Of a stretch of DNA of 64,000 nucleotides, positions 44,381 to 58,300 are shown piece after piece. Origin of the DNA: the human T2T-CHM13v2.0 reference genome, Homo sapiens. Under the pieces are notes generated by a model. It was not told where the DNA came from and searched no databases. It was given only the letters and a program-made list of their open reading frames with translations. The DNA is taken from the NCBI RefSeq assembly GCF_009914755.1, contig NC_060936.1; one strand, given 5' to 3'. The translations under genes were made by a program, and so were the position numbers. How positions within the stretch are numbered: position 1 is the stretch's first letter; each line of letters opens with the position of its first letter.

Positions 44381-46943
44381 TGTATATGATTTTATACTTC
44401 CTCCCTAAATTACCTATATAATTGTATATGAATGCATACATACATGCATATACGCACACATACAGAAAATTGACTCTAAACTTTAGGTTTAATGGTAAAA
44501 TTTTTATGCATTTAACTTGAAGAATAAGAAGACAACATAAATGTCTTTCATATCATGACTTAGATTCAACAGTGTCCTGGATGTCTTAGCCTAGCTACAT
44601 CAAGGAAAGGAAAAAAACACAATATATATGATTTAGAAAATATTGTGTCATTTAATTTTTTTTATTCCCTGAAATACTTTAGGAAAGTCAGTTGAGACTG
44701 TTTTCTCAATCTGATTTTCAGCAGCATTTAAGTCAAGATGTGTAATGAAAGAGACAAATTGTTTCAGGTTCAGTGACTTGAATAGTAGATTATAAATAGG
44801 GAGAAAATATCAGTATGTTACAATACTTTCAATAGTTTTTTTGCATGTGTGTTTACCTTAAGTATGAATATACAATCACAAATCTAAAATTTGTTACATC
44901 TCGTCTAAGGCCATTGTGGTATTTTATTCATTATTTGACGGTAGTTTGCCCTTAGAACCTCACAGGTTGAGAGTTTAAAGTACTGAGTTGACAGTTCCTA
45001 TATTGCTTTGTTATTTTCCTATAAAACTGGCTGGAACAAAATGAAACTGCTCTTCTCTCAATATGTTCAGTTCAACTGTCAGTGGGAAAGTACAAGAAGA
45101 TTTGAAAGGTTTTCACCCTGTAATAGAAAACAGGAGTCAAGAGAGGTAAGTTAGCCTGAATATATGTTTTGACGCACTGAATTCTTTGAATAAATAATAA
45201 ATCACGTAATTATTTTTAGTCTTAACGTGACAGATACTGGGCTATGCTTAGTGGATACATAGAGGTCATTAAGATCTTACAACCTAATGGAGGAAACTGG
45301 AATTTAAATAAATTAACCACCCTAAACTAAGAGAGATTTTTGTTGCAATGCTTTAGTAGCTAAATTAACCTTGTGGAGGAAGGTTTGTAGTGTATGTCCA
45401 ATAACTTACCCATAGAAGGTATCTAATGTTTGAGAATATTTAATAAATAAAATTAAAATTTGCAGAATAATGAAACCATTCACAACCTATTCTTTTCTTC
45501 TGCAGAATCACTTTGTTCTGCACAATCATATCCTTCCCTGTGTGGATATAGTTTTTACTTCATTTTACCTGATATTTCAATGTGCAGAGTGTCCCTCACA
45601 TTAAGAAATGCTGCAATAAACATCTTTGTTTATGTATTTTCATATTCAGAAATATTTTCTAGGAGTGAAATAGCCACATCATAACCTATGTGCTTTTTAA
45701 ATTTTGATAGGGTAACTTACGATTCATAGTTTACTCTCTTCCATTTTGAAAAGGAAGCAGCCTCTAGAGCTGAGCAAAGGCTCTTTCTGAGTCTTTCCTT
45801 TCTACAGAATGCTTCTTAGGTTTTCTGCTTCTTTTTCCCTTCTTTAGTCTCATCTCTGCTCTTTGCAATCACCATCTTATATCTTTGGTTCCTTGGTTAT
45901 TGTTTGCCACTCTAATTCTAGTTCCTCAAAGAACTTTCATCACATTCTCCTATAGCAGTGAATATATGAGATGAGATTAATATTTTGCATGTTGAATCAT
46001 CTCTTCATTCTTCCTATGAGTATCCTATCAGAGCATGAAAATAAGTGAATTATCTTTACCAAAGGTTATGTGCCACTTTAGTTTTTCAACTTGAATTGCA
46101 ACATAGGAAGGAAATGGGTAATTTGATGTTCTTAGATTTGTCCCTAAGTTTTAGTTTAAATAGTCTCCCAGTCCAAAATTTTACCCACCATTCAATTTTA
46201 AAAATAATCACTTATAACTATCAGAAGATATCAATTTTATCAGATATGTCTGGTTTTTTTCCTTGCCTTTTGCATGTGCATTATCCCATCTGAGGAATTA
46301 TTTTTGAGGTTGCACCGCCTGGAGCTTTGTGACTGGATGTGCTGTTGGCATTCAGTGCCTGCCATTCTCAGGAGCCACAAGGGAGATGGATCAGGTCACA
46401 TGACATTGATGATATGGTTCTTCCTTTCTAGATTCTCTTTTTGACACCTAATCCATGCAGAATATGAAAATAGGCTGGCAAATTGTAAATTATCAGCTTG
46501 GAATCAGTGTGATGTATGATGAGACAGGCAAGTAAAACAAATTAGAAAGCCTGCCTTAAAAATAATTGCAATAGTCAAGGTATCAGATGATAAGGAAATT
46601 AATTAAGGATGTGACAGTAGGTCTGTGGGGGTAAGGATGGGTATAAGAAGTATAAGTAAAGATTAATTGCAAGGATTTAGAGACAAATTACATAAATGAG
46701 GTAGAAGGAAAATTATAAGTAAATATCTTTGCATTTTTTATTATGTAGCTCAAGGAGCTATTTTATTGTCATCTTACCCCCATTTTATTCAGAATCAAGT
46801 GTTTCTTAAAGGAATGTTTTAAACTTTATTCTTTGGAAATTAATATTTTCTAAAGGTCATCAGTGACCTTTGCTTTTCAGGCTACTAATAACTTAAATAG
46901 AAAGGATTTGATATTAAATAAGTGGATGATGTGCGTGAACTGA

Positions 46944-47099
<156 letters not shown>

Positions 47100-48313
47100 T
47101 AACCCTAGTCCGAAGGCTAGTTATCAGTGTTCTTGGGGTTCAAAGTAAGTAAATGAAACAGAGCTGGAAGTAGAGCTCAAGAAAATGCAAGAAGCCTGAG
47201 AGAACAAATAGTTGGAAGCCAAGTAATGGGAAGACATATCTGAAGGCAGAGATCAATCTGTTGTTTTAACATCACTCAATGAAAGGTATAATTCATAAAA
47301 TCAGATGTTTCCATAAGTTGTCAGATAGATGGAATCTTCCAGATCTCTGTATATATGCAGAAGTACGTGTTAAATAAAGAAATAAAGAAAGCAATCAAGG
47401 CAAGGACTGACTAGATATAGAAAAAAGATAATTTTCTGTCTTCATGCTTGTCTGCAGTTCTTTGGAATTATCCTAATGTGGGCTTAGAAGGGAGCTACCA
47501 ACTTGGAAGACACATAGGCGATGTGGCTTCCAAGAATCCCCTGGTCAGAGTAAGCCATGATAGCATGGGTCACACCTCCAAGATGTCTTAAGCAAATACC
47601 AAACAGAACAGAGGATTCAAGCTTGTGATGAGGAGAAACTCAAGTCCTGCAGAGGAAGGGAACTCCTTGGTACCTCATAAAGAAATATTGGGAGAGTAAG
47701 GGATAGTCAGCACACGAACAGAACAGTGTCTGGTGTACTTGGCATACACAAAATCTCAATAGCCAGTTTTGAAGCACCAAAGATCTTCAAGTGCAGTAGA
47801 TGTGGGTATTTGGACTTCAAAGTTTGTACTGAGCTGACCTGAGTGTCTAGGGCTGGTCAAGCTGCACAGCTGCCAGTGGGCATGTACATCTGTGTAGCCA
47901 CAGAGATCTGAAAGGCATGTCAGTTTCATTCTTCATAGAAAGCCAGTCTTGGGAAATGTGTGCTGCTTCCAGTTTAAGCAGTAATATCATGTTGTGAGAA
48001 AGAAATATTCAAGCCCATTTGTTGATATGTAAAAACAATTTTGTGTAAAACCTTAAGCGTACATATTGAATCTTAGCTATTCCTTTGCTTTTCTGAGCTT
48101 TTTTGGGAATTAGATTTTGGTAAGCTTGGATCTCCCAATATCTAATTAAAATATAATTGTGGAAACATGCAGTTTTAGGTGAAACTTTTAAATTATCTTT
48201 TGAAAAATTTGGTCGAATACTTTGTTTCTGCAGTACTAATGTGAAGAATCAATCCTAGTATAGAGTTTATCCAACCTATGGAAATAAGAGAAAATCTTGA
48301 AAACAGATTGTTT

Positions 48314-48526
48314 AAGGGGAACATCACACCCCGGGGACTGTTGTGGGGTGGGGGAAGGGGGGAGGGATAGCATTAGGAGATATACCTAATGCTAAATGAC
48401 GAGTTAATGGGTGCAGCACACCAACATGGCACATGTATACATATGTAACAAACCTGCACGTTGTGTATATGTACCCTAAAAGTTAAAGTATAAAAATAAT
48501 AAACTAAACTAAAATAAAAAAGAAAA
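48314..48526 (+). mobile_element. L1PA2/L1PA3 3' end (about 210 bp)
   Basis: ggggactgttgtggggtggggg..cctaatgctaaatgacgagttaatgggtgcagcacaccaacatggc..A tail. Confidence 0.95.
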
Positions 48527-48648
48527 TGTGTCCTGTTTATTCTTTTAATTTGTCATTATAAATTGGCTATTTCTCAGTCATATTTGAAATCACTTGCAAT
48601 AAACTAAAATAAGCTCTAAATAATGTTTTGGAGAGGTAGTTAAATATA

Positions 48649-49290
48649 TGTCAGGGCTGCTTTCTGGAAACCAAGTGGGGGAAGGATGCCCCAAAGGATG
48701 GCACATTGGCATGCTGAGTCCTTTGAACTAAAGGCAATTGGGAGGCCCTCAGAAGCAAGGTCTCTTTAATCTTCTCCTATGCTCTTTTCTCCAGCTCCCA
48801 TTTCTCCTCGGCTCCCATTTCTCCCCTAAGTCATGTAATAGAAACCAGGATTCTCTCCCCTGAAGCAGATCATAGCAACTAGAACTCCTCTCCCCCATAG
48901 CAAGCCATAAAATCTAGAAAGGTCCCTTTCTGACCTACCTTCCCTGAAGGTCAGTCATAAGACCCTCTTTCCAGAGGGGTTCTGCCTCATACCCAGGGGG
49001 AAGAAATGCTACACAGACAGGCCAAGGAGGATCTGAACAAACAGGCTTTGCCAAGATCCCTTCAGTATATTACCATTAGCTGACACCCTTTTGTCCAATC
49101 ATGTTTCTTCACAACTATCCACTTTTTTCGTTTACACTTGGCATAAAAATACATAATTTTCCTTGGGTCTTTGGCTTCACTTCTTTGGATCAGGTAAAGC
49201 TTTGATTAAATGAATTTGTTGTGTTTTTCTCTGTTAACCTGTCTTTGTTTGGAAATATTGGTCATGACTCTTGTGATAGGTGGAATTACT
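48649..49290 (+). mobile_element. ERV1 solo LTR, MER39-like
   Basis: ttggcatgctgagt.ctttgaactaaagg..ctcagaagcaaggtctct..caagccataaaa.ctagaaagg..ctttgattaaat. Confidence 0.8.
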
Positions 49291-50859
49291 GTAGCATATA
49301 AGTTAAAAAGCCTGATGCAATTGATCACAAAATGGATGTAAACTTTCTGGAACCCAAGGGGAGAAAAAAAATGTAATGCATTGTAGACTACAGACATTTC
49401 TTAGTAGGTATTAAAACTGATGTAGTTAATCTAATGTTTAAAAAATTAGATTACAATAAAAAGTATGAGCTTTAAAAATTTTCTATATACATATATACGC
49501 AGAAATATAGTTTGTGAATATGGAGTCATGAAGTAAAACATATGCCTGTGAACCTTAGCCATAAAAAATGAGTATCACAGATTTAAAATACCAGCTAATG
49601 AATTTCCCTTATACTGCCTTCTCCACCAGACCAAAAGATTTAATTGGGCTGATTAGTTGTGATTTGGTACAACTAATAGATATTTTCTTACTGGTTTATA
49701 AATCTAATGAACAAAAAGACTTTAGGATTTTGAGACTTTGGGGCTCATAAGCTGAAGTGAAGTTTTATTTTTTTATTCCCTCAAATTTTGGGTGTTGCAG
49801 AGAGGCTGTATAAACCTTTTAAAAAATACTGCTTTAATATTGATTTTTAAATTTCAGATTTGTATGTGTACCTATACACATGGAGACAGAGAGAGAGAGA
49901 AATGTATATATATGATTGAAATGTCAACCCTGATAAAATTTATAAATCTGTGATTTAGACTTTGAAAGTAGTACAATAGATCATTTTAATCACAAGAAAA
50001 TTAGAAGCATAGATTTATTTAGATTAAATTTCGGTTGTCAATACAGTTACATTCACTTTTTTTCTCCCTGAAAATTTCAAAGCCATCATGTATATTAGCC
50101 AACATTTTTGCTATTAATAACACACCTTTTTAAAAGTAGTTTTCCTATAACAGTGGTATTTTCTTTTAATAAATATAAGCATTGGCATAATTCTTAGATT
50201 CCTGATATACTTTATTATACTACAAGACAAATGTACTTATTTTATGGTTGAGTGAGCCCATTAATTAAAATTGTCTTATGAATCCCCTAAACTTCTGTCT
50301 GAAGAAAACAGAGCATGTCATTCCGAGCAAAGAAAACTGGCTTTGAAATATGTATTGCTGTCTGGTTTATTCAATAGGGCAAAATGATTTTTCTCTCACC
50401 TATGACCTCACTTTACACAGTTTAAATTAGAAAAAGAAGTCAATATTTGAATTCTAGCCTGGACTTTTTCCTCCAGCAGTCTCTTTATGATAGTAATTAA
50501 CTTTGATTGTTGGGATGAGGTGTTTACTGGCCAAAATTACTTTAATGAAATAAATTACAACTCTTGGAGATCTTGGCAAAGCTATTAACCAAACAGAAAC
50601 AAAGAATTTGGACACTTACAGAAAATTAAGAACTGTGATTTAATATGTAAATCTTGTTCTGAGAAATACACTCAGTGTTATTTAGAACCCAAAATATTTC
50701 ATTTTCCTATCCATAAGCAGAGATTAAATAAACCAGTGAAAGTAATTCTGAGGTTTCCCATGAAGGAGAGAAAATTCCTATTGTGTAATGTTCTAAGATT
50801 GGGACAAGTTAAATGTTACATAATCTTATTGCCTGAAGGTACTTTAGAAGTGTTAGGAA

Positions 50860-51153
50860 CAATGTTTCCTCAACTCTGGCTATCATACAGGGGAAAGAAA
50901 AAATGTAGATGTTTGGGTCTCACATACAGAAAGTCAACGTTATTAGACTGGACTAGGCGTGTGCATTGGTACTTTTGTTTATAAAGCTCCCCAGGTGATG
51001 TTAATGAGCGGCTTGGAATCATATAGGGGAAAGAAAAAATGCAGATGTCTGTGCCTTGTATACAGAAAGTCATTGTTATTGGTCGAGACTAGCGCTGAAC
51101 ATTGGTAGTTTTGTTTATAAAGCTCTCCAGGTGATGTTAATGAGCAGCTTGGA
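50860..51153. mobile_element. MER5A (hAT-Charlie) with a 136-bp internal tandem duplication
   Basis: caatgtttcctcaactctggct..aagctccccaggtgatg.taatg; units 50882-51017 and 51018-51153. Confidence 0.75.
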
Positions 51154-51487
51154 TGGGGAAAGGCAGAGATTCTCAAACCTGTCAACAGACTGGTGCCTGT
51201 GAAAGATCAAGTTTCGACACTATACCACATGTTGAGAAAAATAAGGATAATGGAGTGGATTTTTCAATAAAACACATTTTATTCATATTGTGGGTGTCAC
51301 ATTATTCTTTCTTTCAGAAGATATTGATAATAATAAATAACATTTATTTGTTAATGCTGCTTTGTTTGCCCGTTTTCTTGTTTATTTCTTTGTTATATAA
51401 AATAAAAATATTTATAAATGTTACATAATCTTTCCAACTGTTGTTTCTCTTTTTGAAGAACAAGTTTGTGAATTCCACAATACTTTG

Positions 51488-51858
51488 TGTTTTAGTTTGT
51501 TTTCTGTTGCAATAAAAGTATACCATAGACTGGGTAATTTATAAAGAATAGAGGTTTACTTAGCTCACAATTCTGGAGGCTGAGAAGTCCAAGAACATGG
51601 TGACAGCATCTGGTGAGGGTCTTCCTGCTGTGTCATGACATGGCAGGAAGCACCACGTGGCAAGGCAGAGTAAGTGTGCTAGCTCAGGTCTCTCTTCCTG
51701 TTCTTAAAAGCTACAATCCCATTATAGCAGTCTCATCCTGATGACATATTTAATCCTAATTACCTCCCAAAGGCCCCACCTCTTGTTACCATTAACATAT
51801 AAATTTGGCATTATGTTTCCAACACATGAAATTTGGGGGCTATGTTCAAACTACACCA
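51488..51858 (-). mobile_element. MST (MSTC/D-like) solo LTR
   Basis: tgttttagtttgttttctgttgc..agactgggtaatttataaagaa..cccaaaggccccacctc..ttcaaactacacca. Confidence 0.85.
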
Positions 51859-52864
51859 CTTGAAATCATTGCTCTTACTGAAATCCTTAATTTTACTGAT
51901 GATTAAACTGATGCCCAGAGACGTTAAATGCCCCATTAGGGTAATATGTCCAGTTAGGCCCACAGTCAAACCAAGCTTCTCTAAATCCTTCATCAGCCTT
52001 TCAGGATGGCCTTTAATGGGGATCACTTAATTCTTTCTAAGGCTTAAAGCCAATATTGTGTTTCAAACACTCTTTCTCATCTTAGAGTTAAGCACAGAAG
52101 CCAAATAGGCAATCCACAAATAACTTTTTCAGTTATTTAAATAAAAACTCTGTTAAATTTTGACACAAAAGCAGTTTTTCTGATTTTTGTTTTTAAACTA
52201 AAATAACCACTTGATTAAGATTTAAAAAGGAAGGGCATTCCGAAGTCCACTAATGAGACCACTAATGTCTCATCATAATGTGGACTTTCCAGATAAAATC
52301 AGAGCTCCTTAGCATTATACTCAAGATATTTCTCTCCCTTGTCTGTTGCCTCCACATATCTGTCCTCCAAGACACTCCACTAATGGCAGCTTTACATTTT
52401 CAGAGTTTCTTTCATTCAGTTCTTCTGTCTAAAATACCTTTTCACTTTCTTTATACATCTCACCTCTCACCTTTTGTGTAAATTTTATTGATCAGAGACA
52501 TTTCTGATTAACCTTGTGACAAAGTATTTCTGACTAATTAACTTAAGCTCCAATATGCTTTTATAGATATTCCTATCCTAACATTCAATACAATGTATTG
52601 TAACTCACCTGTTTCCCAGGTGAACTCATAACATTTGAGGTTAGCATTGACTGTATCCTTAGCATCTAGCCAATGTGTTGTGTATTTTCTTGTATTTTTT
52701 ATTTAGTAAGTATTCCTAATAAGAGCAGTGAGAAGCTCTTTATACCTTAGTCTTGGCTCAATATAGAAATGAAGCTATCCAAACTGTACCTACTTCAGAC
52801 ACATATTCTTTCCATCCTAAGAGGTCTCATTTTCTGGAAACATCCCCTCTTCCCTTCACTTTAA

Positions 52865-53314
<450 letters not shown>

Positions 53315-53734
53315 TAATGCTTCTTTAACCATTAACTATTTGGTGAGTGTATTTGTTGGTATTACTGTGTCCAATATTTCTTGAATTTTGTCCCCTAGTG
53401 AGAATCTGGTGAAAGCTCTGAAATTTTTCCCCAGAAAAATAATGTACTTAGGCATGTAGAAAAGATGTGTGAATTCCTAGTGCCCCTCCATGGACCTTCC
53501 AGGGGTCATGGCTGAGAAAAAGCTGAGCTACGATAAAAGATTCTTGAGGAATATAGAATTTATTACTAGCCGAGTCCCTACAGAGCCTCATAAAGACACT
53601 TGCTGTATATTTGTGGAATTATTAAATGGATTCTCTCTGAACTGAAGGGGCCACGGTTATTATATAAAGGGTGAATGCAAAGAGAACAGTAATCACTATT
53701 AGGAGAAAATTGATGTTATCTTTTTAAAATAACC

Positions 53735-53920
53735 CATTCATTTTCTCATTTATTCATTTCACAGAATTATCTTGAGTGTCTACTATGTTCTCAGGGACTG
53801 TATCAGGTACTAAGTATACTGGAAGATTATAATAAGAACTTGATACTTGAGGAGTTTTTATTTAAAAAAAAAGACTATATTGAAAAGTAAGGTGTAATTA
53901 TAATAAATGTTATCAAAAAA
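53735..53920 (-). mobile_element. L2 3' tail
   Basis: cattcatt..ttgagtgtctactatgt..actgtatcaggtac. Confidence 0.6.
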
Positions 53921-54855
53921 AGAAAAACAAGAAAAAAAGAACAGCAGAGGAAACTGGGGATATATTTGTTCATTGTGGTAAAATCAACCTGGAATTTCTA
54001 ACCGATAGACTTAGGAAATAAATTTCCAAAGGCAGACATTTAGAAGGAAGTGGTCCTAGGGTGATTTGTTTACCCTCTGATTTGTTCAGTTAATTTAGCA
54101 GCTGTCCCAGCAGTATTTCTGGCTCGAATCCAATTATTCTGAGAATGTCACCGTTTTCAGCAAAATAATTTCAACTCCTTATTCACTGAGCAACTAATGA
54201 AGCTTTGTTTTCCCATATTATAAGAGGGTTACAAATTGATTTCCATAGTAGTTAAGGTTCTTTCCTTGTAAGTGACATAAATTGTCTTCGCCTAACTTAA
54301 GCAAAAACAAAGCCAACCAATTAAATAAAACATAGGATATATTTACTGAATATTTCAGTAAATATTTACCTCAAGGAAATCAAAGAGGAACTTCAAGCAT
54401 AGCTCCCAAACTATTAAAGGTAACACAGGAGGAGCTTGCAGACATAAGATTCAGACAGGAGATGGTAGGCGGAGGAGGTAAAAGCAGGGAGGTGAGTGGG
54501 GATAAAGAAAGTCAAGAGTTGGAAGAAAGGACAGCTCTATGTATTCTGTTGCCAGGATGGGTGAATCTAGCCAATGAATGAAACTTGGCTAGAAAAAAAC
54601 AGTGCTGTGAACTGCTTCAAGCCAGTGATGCATGGGAATAATAGAAACTATATTTAAGAATGTATCACTGAAGGGAAAATTTAGTCTTACTATGAATTTA
54701 TTCACCATTGGTTAACCTTCAAAATTGATGGTACGTATAGTGGTAAGTGTATTTCTACAGAATGAGGCATAATTATAAAAACAACAAAAAGTCCTACATT
54801 GAGCTATAGTTTTATAATGCCATTTGTAGCTAAAGAAAACAAAGAATCGTTGTCT

Positions 54856-54901
54856 CACATACACACACACATATACACACACGCACATATACACACACAC
54901 A
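54856..54901. repeat. (CA)n, interrupted
   Basis: cacatacacacacacatatacacacacgc... Confidence 0.9.
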
Positions 54902-55379
54902 ATCACTGGAATCTCTGAAGTCCCCTGAATAGCTGAATGCAGATTTCTTCTGAATATATACTCTAGCCTCATTCATGCTGTATAGTGAAGCAGAAAATAG
55001 TCCTTTCATTTGATTTCTCTCTAAGCATTTTCCCTTAGAGCAGAACAATATAAAATTATATTTAAGCAAAGTGAGAAAAATTCTAGTCCTATAATATTTT
55101 CTAATATACCATTTCAATAGACGATACATATCTTAACTACAAGGGACTATTTCATCTTATTTTTTTAATTTTTAATTTTTCTTTCTTCTAAAATAAAAAA
55201 TGGAATTCACGTGCAGAACGTGCAGGTTTTTTACACAGGTATACGTGTGCTGTGGTGGTTCACAGCACCTATTGACCGGTCCTCTAAGTTCCCTCCCCTC
55301 ACCCCCACCCCCCATCAGGCCCTGGTGTGTGTTGTTCCCCTCTCTGTGTCCATGTGTTCTCAAAGTTCAACTCCCACTT

Positions 55380-58300
55380 ATGAGTGAGAACATACAGTGT
55401 TTGGTTTTCTGTTCCTGTGTTAGCTTGCTGAAGATGATGGCTTCCAGCTTCATCCATGCCCTGCAAAGGACATGATCTTATTTCTTTTTATGGCTGCATA
55501 GTATTCCATAGTGTATATGTATCTCATTTTATTTATCCAGTCTATCACTGATGGGTATATGGGTTGGTTTCATGTCTTTGACATTGTAAATAGTGCTGCA
55601 ATAAATATATGTGTACATGTGTCTTTATAGTAGAATGATTTATATTCCTTTGGGTATATACTCTCAGTGATAGGATTGCTGGGTCAGGTGGTATTTCTGG
55701 TTCTAGATCCTTGAGGAATCTCCATACTATCTTCCAGAATGGTTGAACTAATTTACAGTCCCTTCAACAGTGTAAAAGTGTTACTATTTCTCCACATAAT
55801 CGCCAGCATCTATTGTTTCCTGATTTTCAATAATCAGCATTCTGACTGGCGTGAGACGGTATCTCATTGTGGTTTTGTTTTGCATTTCTCTGATGCTCAG
55901 TGATGATGAGCTTTTTTTCATGTGTTTGTTGGCTGTGTAAATGTCTTCCTTTGAGAAGTGTCTGTTCACATCCTTTGCCAACTTTTTGATGGGGTTGTTT
56001 TTTTTTTTCTTGTAAATATGTTTAAGTTCCTTGTAAATTCTGGATATTAGACCTTTGTCAGAGGGGTAGATTGCAAAAATTTTCTCCCATTCTATACGTT
56101 GCCTGTTCTTTCTGATGATAGTTTCTTTTGCTGTGCAGAATCTCTTTAGTTTAATTAGATTCCATTTGTCAATTTTGGCTTTTGTTGCAACTGCTTTTGG
56201 CATTTTTGTCATGAACTCTTTGCCTGTGCCTATACCCTGAATGGTATTGCCTAGGTTTTCTTCTAGGGTTTTCATTGTTTTGGGTTTTACAATTAAGTCT
56301 TTAATCCATTTTGAGTTAATTTTTGTATAAGGTGTAAGGAAGGCGTCCAGTTTCAGTTTTCTGCATATTGCTAGCCAGTTTTCCCAGCACCATTTGCTGA
56401 ACAGGAAATCCATTCCCCATTGCTTGTTTTTGTCAGCTTTGTCAAAGATCAGATGGTTGTAGATGTGTGGTGTTATTTCTGAGGTCTCTGTTCTGTTCCA
56501 TTGTTCTATGTCTGTTTAGGTACCAGTACCAGGCTGTTTTGGTTACTGCAGTCTTGTAATATAGTTTGAAGTCAGGTAGCATGATGCCTTCAGCTTTGTT
56601 CCATTTGCTTAGGATTTTCTTGGGTACATGGGGTATTCTTTGATTCCATATGTAATTTAAAATACTTTTTTCTAATTCTGTGAAGAATGTCAATGGTAGT
56701 TTGATGTGAATAGCATTGAATCTATAAATTACGTTAGGCAGTATGGCCATTTTCATGATATTGATTCTTCCTATTCATGAGGATGGAGTCTTTTTCCATT
56801 TGCTTATGTCTTCTCTTATCTCCTTGAGCAGTGGTTTGTAGTTCTCTTTGAATAGGTCCTTCACATCCCTTGTTAGCTGTATTCCTAGGTATTTTATTCT
56901 CTTTGTAGTGATTGTGAATGGGAATTCATTCTAGATTTGGCTCTCTGCTTGCCTATTGTTAGTATAAAGGAATGTTTGTGATTTATGCACATTGATTTTG
57001 TATCCTGAGATTTTGTTGAAGTTGCTTATCAGTTCAAGAAGCTTTTGGGCTGAGATAATGGGGTTTTCCAAATATAAAATCATGTTGTCTGCAAACAGAG
57101 ACAACTTGACTTCCTGTCTTCCTATTTGAATACACTTTATTTCTGTCTCTTGCCTGATTGCCCTGGCCAGAACTTCCAATAGTATGCTGAATAGGAGTGG
57201 TGAGAGAGGGCATCTATGTCTTGTACCAGTTTTCAAAGGGCGTGATTCCAGCTTTTGCCCATTCAACATGATATTGACTGTGGGTCTGCCATAAATAGCT
57301 CTTATTATTTTGAGATCTATTCCCTCAATATCTATTTTATTGAGAGTTTTTAGCATGAAAGCATGTTGAATTTTATCAAAGGCCTTTTCTGCATCAATTG
57401 AGATAATCATGTGGTTTTTGTCTTTGGTCCTGTTTATGTGATGGATTACATTTATTGATTTGCATATTTTGAACCAGACTTGCTTCCCCGGGATGAAACC
57501 GACTTGATTGTGGTGGATAAGTTTTTTGATGTGCTGCTGGATTCAGTTTGTCTTTATTTTATTGAGGATTTTTGCATCAGTGTTCATCAGTGATATTGGC
57601 CTGAAGTTTTCTTTTTTTGCTGTGTCTGTTCCCAGTTTTGGTATCAAGATGATGCTGGCTTTATAAAATGAGTTAGGGAGGAGTCCCTCCTTTTCAATTA
57701 TTTGGAATAGTTTTAGAAGGAATGGTACCAGCTCCTCTTTGTATTTCTGGTAGAATTCAGCTATGAATCCATCTGGTCCTGGGAGTTTTTTTTTTGGTTT
57801 GGTATGCTATTAATTACCATCTCAATTTCAGAGTTTGTTATTGGTCTACTCAAGGATGAACCTTCTTCCTGGTTTAGTCTTGGTAGGGAGTATGCATCCA
57901 GGAATTTATCCATTTCTTCTAGATTTTCTAGTTTATTTGCATAGAGGTGTTTCAAGTATTCTCTGAGGGTAGTTTGTATTTCTGTGAGATCAGTGGTGAT
58001 ATCTCCTTTATCATTTTTTATTGTGTCTATTTGATTCTTCTCTCTCTTCTTCTTTATTAATCTAGCTAGCAGTGTATCTATTTTGTTGATTTTTTCAAAA
58101 AGCCAGCTCCTGGATTCTTCATTTTTTGGAGGATTTTTCATGTCTCTATCTCCTTCAGTTCTTCTCTGATCTTAGTTATTTCTTATCTTCTGCTAGCTTT
58201 TGGATTAGTTTGCTCTTGCCTCCCTAGTTCTTTTAATTGTTATGTTAGGGTGTCAATTTGAGACATTCCTAGCTTTTAGATGTGAGCATTTAGTGCTATA

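Noticed and set aside
47480-47960. Possible old LTR
   Set aside because: No family-diagnostic motif that I could identify
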